From NCBI GenBank assembly GCA_026387835.1, contig JAPLKZ010000005.1, positions 210,001 to 242,000 of the forward strand: a stretch of DNA of 32,000 nt, read 5' to 3'. This document shows positions 25,357 to 32,000 of the stretch, in pieces (position 1 is the stretch's first letter; the number at the start of each line of letters is the position of its first letter). Position numbers and translations under genes: made by a program. The notes beneath the pieces were generated by a model. That model searched no databases. It had not been told where the DNA came from and worked only from the letters and a program-made list of their open reading frames with translations. Origin of the DNA: Candidatus Saganbacteria bacterium. Lineage in GTDB: Bacteria > Margulisbacteria > WOR-1 > JAKLHX01.

Positions 25357-26409
25357 ATGATATACTTCATAGTCTTTTTCATATCAAGCGTATTAACTAT
25401 TCTTTTTGTGCCTTTTGCTAAAAAATCAGCGTTCCTGTTAAATGCGATCGACAAGCCTTCCGACAGGAAAGTCCATAAAAGTTCGATGCCCAGGCTTGGG
25501 GGACTGGCTATCTATTTAGGGTTCATGGCAGCGGTCCTGACAGGTCTTCTGATCGCCGTCATAAGGCATATGCACCTGAACTATCTGGCGATAACAGGCA
25601 TACTGCTCGGTTCTTCCCTGATGCTGATAGTCGGTATGTTCGATGACATGAAAAACATCCCGGCAACAAAAAAATTGCTCCTTCAAATATTGATCTCACT
25701 GGTCCCGATAATGTTCGGGGTCCAGATAACTTTCATTTCAAACCCGGTAACGGGGATCCTGTTGCTCGGTTTCATCTCGGTCCCGGTCACGATATTGTGG
25801 GTGGTCGGCATCACGAACGCGCTGAATTTTGTCGACGGGCTTGACGGTCTGGCTTCCGGTATAACCGCGATAGCCGCTACTACTCTATTTATTGTCGCGG
25901 TAAGGATACACCAGCCGGGGGCGGCGATACTTATGATAGCTCTTGCCGGCGCCACGGCAGGTTTTTTGCGCTATAATTTCAATCCGGCGTCGATATTTTT
26001 AGGCGATTCCGGAAGCCTTTTTCTGGGTTTTATGCTTGCGACCTGTTCGGTGATAGGCGTATTGAAAAGCTCGATGATACTGGCCCTGCTTATTCCGGCG
26101 TTCATAATGGGTATCCCTATCTTTGATGCCGCCTCTGTAATAATGAGGAGGGTGCGCGACGGGCGGCACATCTTCGACGCCGACAGGAGACACCTCCACC
26201 ACAGGCTTCTTGACAGAGGGTTCAGCCACAGGCAGGTCGTCCTTTCGATATACAGCGCCTGCATCCTGCTGAGCATCGGGACTTTGGCAGTAACATTTTT
26301 GAGGGTCTCCCACGCGCTGGTCGTGCTGGGCATAGTGGCAATAATTGTCTTTACCGTCTTTTATCAGATCAAAAAATACGTAAGAAAATACGTGGTACTG
26401 GAGAAATAA
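25357..26409 (+). CDS. wecA: Undecaprenyl-phosphate GlcNAc-1-phosphate transferase (WecA/TagO, MraY-family glycosyltransferase 4)
   Basis: 350 aa polytopic membrane protein. MFDDMKNI, NALNFVDGLDGLA and FLGDSGS motifs. Confidence 0.9.
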   Translation: MIYFIVFFISSVLTILFVPFAKKSAFLLNAIDKPSDRKVHKSSMPRLGGLAIYLGFMAAVLTGLLIAVIRHMHLNYLAITGILLGSSLMLIVGMFDDMKNIPATKKLLLQILISLVPIMFGVQITFISNPVTGILLLGFISVPVTILWVVGITNALNFVDGLDGLASGITAIAATTLFIVAVRIHQPGAAILMIALAGATAGFLRYNFNPASIFLGDSGSLFLGFMLATCSVIGVLKSSMILALLIPAFIMGIPIFDAASVIMRRVRDGRHIFDADRRHLHHRLLDRGFSHRQVVLSIYSACILLSIGTLAVTFLRVSHALVVLGIVAIIVFTVFYQIKKYVRKYVVLEK

Positions 26410-26410
26410 A

Positions 26411-27586
26411 ATGCAGCAGTTAAAAAGAGTGATGTTCGCTTTCGGGACAAGGCCGGAGGCCATAAAAATAGCGCCGGTGATAAACGAGATCTACAAGCAC
26501 AGTGATATCTTCGCGCCGATAGTGGTCGTGACCGCGCAGCACAGGGAAATGCTCGACCAGACGCTCAAGATATTCGACATCAAGCCCGATTACGATCTGG
26601 ATATCATGGAGCAGGACCAGACTATTTCAAATATCGTAACTAAGACGCTGCAGGGTTTTGAGGATATCATTCTGCAGGAACGGCCGGACATGGTCATAGT
26701 CCAGGGAGACACGTCCACCGCTTTCGCGTCGGCGCTGGCCGCCTTCTACAGAAAAGTCCCGGTCGGACATATAGAAGCGGGGCTGCGGACAAAGAACAAG
26801 TTCAATCCCTTTCCAGAAGAGATGAACAGAAAACTTATTTCCGCGATCGCGGACATGCATTTTGCTCCGACGGAGATGTCGGTAAATAACCTGTTGAGCG
26901 AAAGTGTCTCCCGAAGTAATATTTTTCTTACCGGTAACACCGTGATCGATGCACTATTGTCTGTAGTTTCGAGACCGTATGATCTGAAGAGGTCTGGTGT
27001 CAGCATAAAACCCGGTAAAAAACTGATCCTGGTCACGACGCACCGCAGGGAAAGCTTCGGCATACCGATGCGGAACGCACTCGAAGCAATAGCAAAGATC
27101 GCAAAAAAATTCGGAGACGAAGTCCAGATCGTCCTTCCGGTCCATAAGAACCCGAACGTCAGGGACGTCGTTTTTGATGTGCTGGATAACCTGCCTAACG
27201 TCGATCTTGTCGAGCCGATGGATTATCTTCCTTTCGTGCATCTGATGAAGGAATCTTATATTATCCTTACGGATTCGGGCGGCATACAGGAAGAAGCTCC
27301 TTCGCTTGGGAAACCGGTCCTGGTGCTCAGGGAGATAACCGAAAGGCCGGAAGCGGTCCTCGCCGGCACGGTAAAAATTGTCGGAACGGATCCCGGCACA
27401 ATATTCAATGAGACCCAAAAGCTGTTAACGGACAAGGACGCTTACGATAAAATGTCGCATGCTGTGAACCCGTACGGTGACGGGAACGCTTCTTCAAGGA
27501 TAATCACCAGCCTGCTGAAACACTTCGGTTTCACAGACAGAAAAGTCGAGGAATTCGACTTCCGCAATATCGCGCCGAAGAACTGA
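26411..27586 (+). CDS. wecB: UDP-N-acetylglucosamine 2-epimerase (non-hydrolysing)
   Basis: FGTRPEAIKIAPV, QHREMLDQ, VQGDTSTAFA, THRRESFG, TDSGGIQEEAPSLGKPVLVLR. Canonical WecB/MnaA. Confidence 0.95.
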   Translation: MQQLKRVMFAFGTRPEAIKIAPVINEIYKHSDIFAPIVVVTAQHREMLDQTLKIFDIKPDYDLDIMEQDQTISNIVTKTLQGFEDIILQERPDMVIVQGDTSTAFASALAAFYRKVPVGHIEAGLRTKNKFNPFPEEMNRKLISAIADMHFAPTEMSVNNLLSESVSRSNIFLTGNTVIDALLSVVSRPYDLKRSGVSIKPGKKLILVTTHRRESFGIPMRNALEAIAKIAKKFGDEVQIVLPVHKNPNVRDVVFDVLDNLPNVDLVEPMDYLPFVHLMKESYIILTDSGGIQEEAPSLGKPVLVLREITERPEAVLAGTVKIVGTDPGTIFNETQKLLTDKDAYDKMSHAVNPYGDGNASSRIITSLLKHFGFTDRKVEEFDFRNIAPKN

Positions 27587-27591
27587 ATTCA

Positions 27592-27798
27592 ATGGGCTTT
27601 TTCAAATACACCGATCTCGCCTTCAGGATCGCAGGGAACATAATAGCTCCTCCTCTTGTCGGGATATTTCTGGGCGGATTTCTCGATAAAAAATTCCATA
27701 CAACACCGGTGTTCATCCTGGTCCTTACAGTACTCGGTATAGCGGCGGGATTGAGGAGCCTGTTCAGGTTGTTTGATGAAGTGAAGGAAGAGAAGTAA
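27592..27798 (+). CDS. atpZ: AtpZ/AtpI-family small membrane protein of the F-ATPase operon
   Basis: 68 aa, two TM segments. The N-terminal pattern YTDLAFRIAGNIIAPPLVGIFLGGFLDKKF matches the AtpZ-type family. It sits at the head of the atp operon. Confidence 0.75.
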   Translation: MGFFKYTDLAFRIAGNIIAPPLVGIFLGGFLDKKFHTTPVFILVLTVLGIAAGLRSLFRLFDEVKEEK

Positions 27799-27808
27799 AA
27801 GGCAAACA

Positions 27809-27829
27809 GCAGTTAGCAGTACGCAGTAC
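27809..27829. repeat. Three tandem GCAGTNN heptamers (GCAGTTA GCAGTAC GCAGTAC)
   Basis: Read directly. Lies just upstream of the TA cassette promoter. The same heptamer array recurs at 28443-28463. Confidence 0.8.
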
Positions 27830-27837
27830 GGTAGGCA

Positions 27838-27872
27838 TTGACAAAAATATCCGATGTACGTTATTATGTACG
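27838..27872 (+). promoter_or_regulatory. Promoter plus putative operator of the yefM-relE cassette
   Basis: TTGACA 27838-27843, 18-nt spacer, TATTAT 27862-27867. Two ATGTACG repeats (27854-27860 and 27866-27872) lie 12 bp apart and straddle the -10. SD AAGGAGGG 27877-27884. Confidence 0.55.
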
Positions 27873-27890
27873 AACAAAGGAGGGCCATAT

Positions 27891-28235
27891 ATGAGAGCAA
27901 AAACGACACTGTCCATTTCAGAGGCCAGAAAGAATATATTTGATATAGCGGAGCAAGTGCAAAAACCCAGCACTTATTATACTTTGACTGAAAACGGACG
28001 TCCGAAGGCAGTGGTGATGTCGGCGGAGGAGTTTGAGTCATGGACTGAAACGCTGGACGTTATCGCGGAATTCCCCGGACTGAAGAACAGCATAAAGGAA
28101 GCTGAAAAAGAATATAAAAGCGGCGATTATATAACTTTGGAAGACCTGCTGGAGAAGGAAGGCTATATTGTGAGAGGAAAAAAGCATGAAGTATTGCCTC
28201 GTAATACCAAAAAAAGTCCAAAAAGAAATAGGTAG
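27891..28235 (+). CDS. yefM: Type II antitoxin, Phd/YefM family
   Basis: TLSISEARKNIFDIAEQV ... YYTLTENGRPKAVVMSAEEFESWTETLDV is the canonical Phd/YefM N-terminal domain. 114 aa with a basic C-terminal tail encoded within the overlap with the toxin gene. Confidence 0.88.
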   Translation: MRAKTTLSISEARKNIFDIAEQVQKPSTYYTLTENGRPKAVVMSAEEFESWTETLDVIAEFPGLKNSIKEAEKEYKSGDYITLEDLLEKEGYIVRGKKHEVLPRNTKKSPKRNR

Positions 28236-28437
28236 GATCGACAAAAAATACAAGGGCAAGATCCTTCTGGCATTAAAGATACTGGAAGAAGAACCTTATA
28301 CAGGCAAAAAGCTTGAAGGCGAATATAAAGGCAAATGGTCATATCGCGTATGGCCTTACAGGATAATATATGAAATCCATAAAAATGAGCTTATCATTCT
28401 TATTATTCATATCGGCCACAGACAGAGCGCTTATTAG
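28186..28437 (+). CDS. relE: Type II toxin, RelE/ParE superfamily (RelE/StbE-like mRNA interferase)
   Basis: 83 aa. IPKKVQKEIGRIDKKYKGKILLALKILEEEPY, KKLEG, WSYRVWPYRIIYEI, IIHIGHRQSAY. This is the typical RelE pattern. Confidence 0.88.
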   Translation: MKYCLVIPKKVQKEIGRIDKKYKGKILLALKILEEEPYTGKKLEGEYKGKWSYRVWPYRIIYEIHKNELIILIIHIGHRQSAY

Positions 28438-28442
28438 AAAAC

Positions 28443-28491
28443 GCAGTCGGCAGTCCGCAGTACGAACTGCGAGCTGCGTACGACGGACTGC
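28443..28491. repeat. GCAGTNN heptamer array followed by inverted copies (imperfect palindrome)
   Basis: GCAGTCG GCAGTCC GCAGTAC (28443-28463), then GAACTGC GAGCTGC GTACGAC GGACTGC. GCAGTCCG (28450-28457) pairs with CGGACTGC (28484-28491), and GTACG (28460-28464) pairs with CGTAC (28477-28481). No T-run follows. Confidence 0.8.
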
Positions 28492-28513
28492 GGTCCTCGA
28501 TATATAAATATCT

Positions 28514-28542
28514 TTGAAACAGAATATTTTTAATGATACAAT
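28514..28542 (+). promoter_or_regulatory. Putative internal promoter driving atpB-E-F-H-A
   Basis: TTGAAA 28514-28519, 17-nt spacer, TACAAT 28537-28542. It lies 8 nt before the GTG start at 28551, with no SD. Confidence 0.45.
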
Positions 28543-28550
28543 AATATATC

Positions 28551-29282
28551 GTGATACTTCAGATTGGCCAACATCCGACTTTCGAGATCAATAACATCTA
28601 TTTCAACCTTGATACTATTGTTTCGCTTTTGATCGTCTCGTCGTTTATAGTCCTGGCAGCGCTGGTCCTGCGCTTCACGGTATTGAGGAAGAGCGGAAGA
28701 CCGGTCTCGCTTCTACAAATGGCGGTCGAAGCGATATATAACTTCACAGAAAACATCTCTACGGGAATAATGGGGAATGCCGGACTCGTATATGTGAGCA
28801 TTGTTTCCACCCTGTTCATTTTGATATTTTTCTCGAATATTTTCGGACTGATCCCTGTCAACGCGGTCTACTCGCTGTTCTTTGAGAAACTGCTTGGACG
28901 GATCCCGGAGCTTTCGGCGCCAACATGTGATATCAACACCACCGCGGGACTGGCGGTCACCGTATTTCTGCTGATCCATTTTTTGGGCCTGAAAAACAAG
29001 GGATTAAGATATATGAAAAAGTTCTTCCAGCCGAATTTCTTCTTTTTCCCTATAAATGTCCTCGAAGAACTTGCCAAGCCGTTCTCGCTGGCGATAAGGC
29101 TTTTCGGCAACACATTCGGGAAGGAGACGATAATACTGGTCCTTGTGTCCATCACCGTTTTTCCGCTGTTATATCCTTTACCTGTGATGTTCCTGGACCT
29201 TTTCATCGGTACGATACAGGCGTTCATATTTTCGCTGCTCACTGCTTTTTATATTGCGGAAGCGGTATCTGAAGAACATTAG
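28551..29282 (+). CDS. atpB: F0F1 ATP synthase subunit a
   Basis: 243 aa. Multi-TM protein with the conserved FSLAIRLFGNTFGKE (essential Arg) motif. GTG start as given in the ORF track. Confidence 0.92.
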   Translation: MILQIGQHPTFEINNIYFNLDTIVSLLIVSSFIVLAALVLRFTVLRKSGRPVSLLQMAVEAIYNFTENISTGIMGNAGLVYVSIVSTLFILIFFSNIFGLIPVNAVYSLFFEKLLGRIPELSAPTCDINTTAGLAVTVFLLIHFLGLKNKGLRYMKKFFQPNFFFFPINVLEELAKPFSLAIRLFGNTFGKETIILVLVSITVFPLLYPLPVMFLDLFIGTIQAFIFSLLTAFYIAEAVSEEH

Positions 29283-29301
29283 AAAGAAAGGGGGATAAAA
29301 A

Positions 29302-29556
29302 ATGGAAGGTCAAGCTCTGGTCCAGGCGGTCTCGGTCTTTTGCGCGGCGTTCAGCGTGGCCCTTGCGGCGATAGGTTCGGCTCTCGGACAGGGGAAGGCG
29401 ACAGCTTCGGCGCTCGAATCGATAGCAAGGCAGCCGGAGGCAAAGGGTTCGATCACCCAGCTGCTGATAGTGGCGCTGGCGTTCATCGAATCACTCACTC
29501 TGTACGCGCTGCTGATAGCGATAGTCCTGATATTTGCAAATCCGTTCGTGAAGTAA
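29302..29556 (+). CDS. atpE: F0F1 ATP synthase subunit c
   Basis: 84 aa hairpin protein. GQGKA ... ARQPEA loop ... [14 protein letters not shown] with the carboxylate E63. Confidence 0.95.
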   Translation: MEGQALVQAVSVFCAAFSVALAAIGSALGQGKATASALESIARQPEAKGSITQLLIVALAFIESLTLYALLIAIVLIFANPFVK

Positions 29557-29587
29557 ATATTGCGGTCCTTGGTCCGCAGGGTGAAAA

Positions 29588-30079
29588 ATGCTGGAAATTA
29601 ACGGCACGATAGTCGCGGTAATAATAAATTTTGCCGTGCTTGTCTGGATACTCAACAGTTTTCTGTACAAGCCGGTCAGGAATATCCTGCTGGAGAGAAA
29701 GAACAGGATAGAATCGGATACTGACGAAGCCCGGAAAAAGCTGAAAGATGCGGAAGATATAAAAGCCTCTTATGAGATAAAATTAAAGCAGTCGGGCGAT
29801 GAAGCAAAGAAGATAATCGATGCGGCAAATAATACGGCAGAAAGCCTGAAGACAGCCGCCCAGAAAGACGCTTCAGAAAATGCGGAAAAGTCAAGAAAAG
29901 ACGCGGAGGCGGAGGCCGAGAAAATAAAGACCGAAGCCTTTGACAGCGTGAGATCGCAGATATCTTCGATGGTGGTCATGGCCGCAGGGAAAGTGATCGA
30001 AAAGAATATCGATGCGGCTTCACAAAGCGCTTTGATAGACGAATTCATCGGAAAAATAGAAAAGGCAGGGCTTAACTGA
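29588..30079 (+). CDS. atpF: F0F1 ATP synthase subunit b
   Basis: 163 aa. Single N-terminal TM followed by a long charged helix (K/E/A-rich). Position is between atpE and atpH. Confidence 0.88.
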   Translation: MLEINGTIVAVIINFAVLVWILNSFLYKPVRNILLERKNRIESDTDEARKKLKDAEDIKASYEIKLKQSGDEAKKIIDAANNTAESLKTAAQKDASENAEKSRKDAEAEAEKIKTEAFDSVRSQISSMVVMAAGKVIEKNIDAASQSALIDEFIGKIEKAGLN

Positions 30080-30612
30080 TGGGCAGTACCGGTCAAAGAT
30101 ATGCCAAAGCTCTTATCGAAAGTGTCCCTGCTGCCGGGGATCTGCAGCGGGCGAAAGAGGATTTTAAATCTTTCCTGGAGACGTTAGACGCGTCAAAAGA
30201 ACTTAAGTTTGTTTTTATGAACCCGTCCGTCTCCAGGAAGACCGCGAAAGCGGTGCTGGAAGAAGTCCTTGAAAAAGGATCGGGGGAAATATTCAGGAAG
30301 TTCATCGGGGTCGTGATCGACAACGGCAGGCAGAAGATCATATACGAGATAAAAAATGATTTTGACCGCCTGTGCGACGAAGCGGCCGATATAATGAAGG
30401 TCACCGTAAAAAGCGCGGTGCCGTTAAGCCCGGACCAGGAAAAAAGGCTGAAAGAAAAATTGTCCCTGGCGACCGGCAAGGATGTCATAGTGGAAAATAT
30501 CATCGAAGCGTCGGTCATAGGAGGATGCACAGTGACCGTCAGGGACACGGTGGTGGACGGTTCCGTCAAAAATTATCTAAATAAGATGCAGGAGGCCTTG
30601 GCAAATGCTTAA
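30079..30612 (+). CDS. atpH: F0F1 ATP synthase subunit delta (OSCP)
   Basis: 177 aa. RYAKALIE N-terminal motif and C-terminal IGG..V..GD.V.DGSV pattern. ATGA-type overlap with atpF. Confidence 0.88.
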   Translation: MGSTGQRYAKALIESVPAAGDLQRAKEDFKSFLETLDASKELKFVFMNPSVSRKTAKAVLEEVLEKGSGEIFRKFIGVVIDNGRQKIIYEIKNDFDRLCDEAADIMKVTVKSAVPLSPDQEKRLKEKLSLATGKDVIVENIIEASVIGGCTVTVRDTVVDGSVKNYLNKMQEALANA

Positions 30613-32000
30613 ACCGGATGAGATAACAGCGATAATACGCGGGCGGATAAAAGGTTTCTCAAAGGACCTGGATGTCTTTGAAAGCGGGGTCGTTACGGCT
30701 GCGGGTGACGGGGTCGCCACGGTATACGGCCTTTCAAACGTGATGTACAACGAGCTCATCGAATTCTCTTCGGGTGTGACTGGGATCGCTTTTTCTCTTC
30801 TCAGCGACTGCGTGGGATGCATCATCCTGGGGGACGCCGAAAAGATCAAGGAAGGCGATACGGTCAGGAGAACAAAAAAAGTCATGAGCATACCGGTGGG
30901 CGATGCTCTCATCGGAAGGGTGATAGATCCGCTCGGAAAACCTCTTGATGAAAAAGGACCGGTCCGGACGGCCGAATACAGGCCCATAGAAAGCCCTGCT
31001 CCGTCGGTCGTGGACAGGGAGCCCGTACAGGAACCGCTCCAGACAGGGATCAAAGCCATAGATTCGATGATCCCCATCGGAAGAGGGCAGAGAGAACTGA
31101 TAATCGGCGACAGGAGCATAGGCAAGACAGCTATAGCCATAGATACGATACTCAACCAGAAGGACAAAAGCGTTATCTGTATATATGTCGCGATAGGGCA
31201 GAAAGCCTCGAACGTAGCCCGCATAGTTGACATCCTTAATGAACACGGCGCCATGCAATATACAACGGTCATGTTCGCCGGAGCCAGCGACTCGCCGGCG
31301 CTTCAATACATCGCTCCTTACGCCGGATGCGCGATAGGCGAGCATTATCTTTACAGCGGCCGTCACGCGCTTTTGATATATGACGATCTTTCAAAGCACG
31401 CGGTCGCATACAGGCAGATCTCACTTCTGCTGCGCAGACCCCCGGGGCGTGAAGCTTATCCCGGCGATATCTTCTACCTGCATTCAAGGCTGCTTGAGAG
31501 AGCGAGCAAACTGAACAAAGAGCTCGGGTCAGGCTCCCTTACAGCGCTGCCGATAATCGAAACGCAGGAGGGCGATATTTCCGCTTATATCCCGACGAAC
31601 GTTATTTCAATAACCGACGGACAAATATATCTTGAAACGGACCTTTTTAATTCGGACGTTAAACCGGCCATCAATGTCGGGCTTTCAGTCTCAAGGGTGG
31701 GCGGCTCGGCCCAGATAAGCGCCATGAAAAAAGTAGCCGGAAGGCTGCGGCTTGACCTGGCCCAGTACAGGGAACTCGCGGCGTTCTCCCAGTTCTCGGC
31801 GGATATCGACAAGAGCACCGGCCAGCAGCTTCTCCGCGGGGAAAAACTTACCGAACTTCTGAAACAGCCGCAATACCGGCCCATGGACGCGGTGGACCAG
31901 GTTATATCTATTTTTGCCGGGACAAAAGGATATCTGGATGATATCGAGAACTCGGAGATAGCCGCGTTCGAATCCGAATTATTAAGTTTTATGAAAAGCA
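30605..32000 (+). CDS. atpA: F0F1 ATP synthase subunit alpha, N-terminal ~465 codons; continues beyond the window end
   Basis: My own translation from the ATG at 30605 gives [18 protein letters not shown] ... [16 protein letters not shown] ... [27 protein letters not shown] (Walker A) ... [26 protein letters not shown]. Absent from the ORF track because it is open at the window edge. Confidence 0.96.
   Translation, partial: MLKPDEITAIIRGRIKGFSKDLDVFESGVVTAAGDGVATVYGLSNVMYNELIEFSSGVTGIAFSLLSDCVGCIILGDAEKIKEGDTVRRTKKVMSIPVGDALIGRVIDPLGKPLDEKGPVRTAEYRPIESPAPSVVDREPVQEPLQTGIKAIDSMIPIGRGQRELIIGDRSIGKTAIAIDTILNQKDKSVICIYVAIGQKASNVARIVDILNEHGAMQYTTVMFAGASDSPALQYIAPYAGCAIGEHYLYSGRHALLIYDDLSKHAVAYRQISLLLRRPPGREAYPGDIFYLHSRLLERASKLNKELGSGSLTALPIIETQEGDISAYIPTNVISITDGQIYLETDLFNSDVKPAINVGLSVSRVGGSAQISAMKKVAGRLRLDLAQYRELAAFSQFSADIDKSTGQQLLRGEKLTELLKQPQYRPMDAVDQVISIFAGTKGYLDDIENSEIAAFESELLSFMKS

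Noticed and set aside
27809-28491. CRISPR array or integron attC interpretation of the heptamer and palindrome repeats flanking the TA cassette
   Set aside because: The repeats are only 7 nt long and directly tandem, with no spacers, so this is not a CRISPR array. The downstream imperfect palindrome lacks the attC core sites (RYYYAAC / GTTRRRY), and no integrase is present.
1-32000. Scan for tRNA, rRNA, tmRNA, RNase P, transposase, integrase or phage genes
   Set aside because: No intergenic gap is long enough or shows cloverleaf-like or conserved RNA features by eye. No ORF shows DDE, tyrosine-recombinase or serine-recombinase motifs. A tRNAscan, Infernal or ISfinder run would be needed for certainty.

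Overview
32-kb chromosomal window from a bacterium whose phylum I cannot assign from sequence alone. It has lipobox lipoproteins, an F-type ATPase, the MEP pathway and heavy ATA/AGG/AGA codon use. I find about 35 tightly packed protein genes, many joined by ATGA/TTGA stop-start overlaps. I saw no rRNA, tRNA, CRISPR array, transposase or integrase. The backbone is housekeeping: guaA and a CBS-less IMPDH homologue (guaB3) on the minus strand; a glyA-ftsE-ftsX-parvulin PPIase operon; PBP1A-phosphohexomutase on the minus strand; an aroQ-M24 peptidase-ispD-split TSUP-trpE-SEDS block; glyQ; wecA-wecB; and atpZ ... atpB-E-F-H-A. Items worth a second look: (1) a translationally coupled five-gene cassette directly behind glyQ where glyS is normally found (TIM barrel, exported metallophosphoesterase, DUF4127-like, PF12831-type FAD oxidoreductase, mini ImmA-like HExxH protein); it is followed by a 36-aa Lys-rich microprotein and wecA/wecB. 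This is my best candidate for an undescribed system. (2) a yefM-relE toxin-antitoxin cassette with its own promoter and operator inserted inside the ATP synthase operon, bracketed by GCAGTNN heptamer arrays and followed by a new promoter for atpB. (3) a ~150-bp nested-palindrome element lying between two back-to-back extended -10 promoters. (4) a perfect 26-bp duplication of the aroQ translation-initiation region that creates an aromatic-rich 27-codon upstream ORF. (5) a compositionally atypical orphan gene antiparallel between guaA and guaB3. (6) a TSUP/TauE transporter split into two half-size genes. (7) two adjacent surface lipoproteins (vWA and 3x carboxypeptidase-regulatory-like). Several promoters are placed so that transcription should start at or very near the start codon. 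All functional calls rest on motif recognition by eye; no database search was possible.
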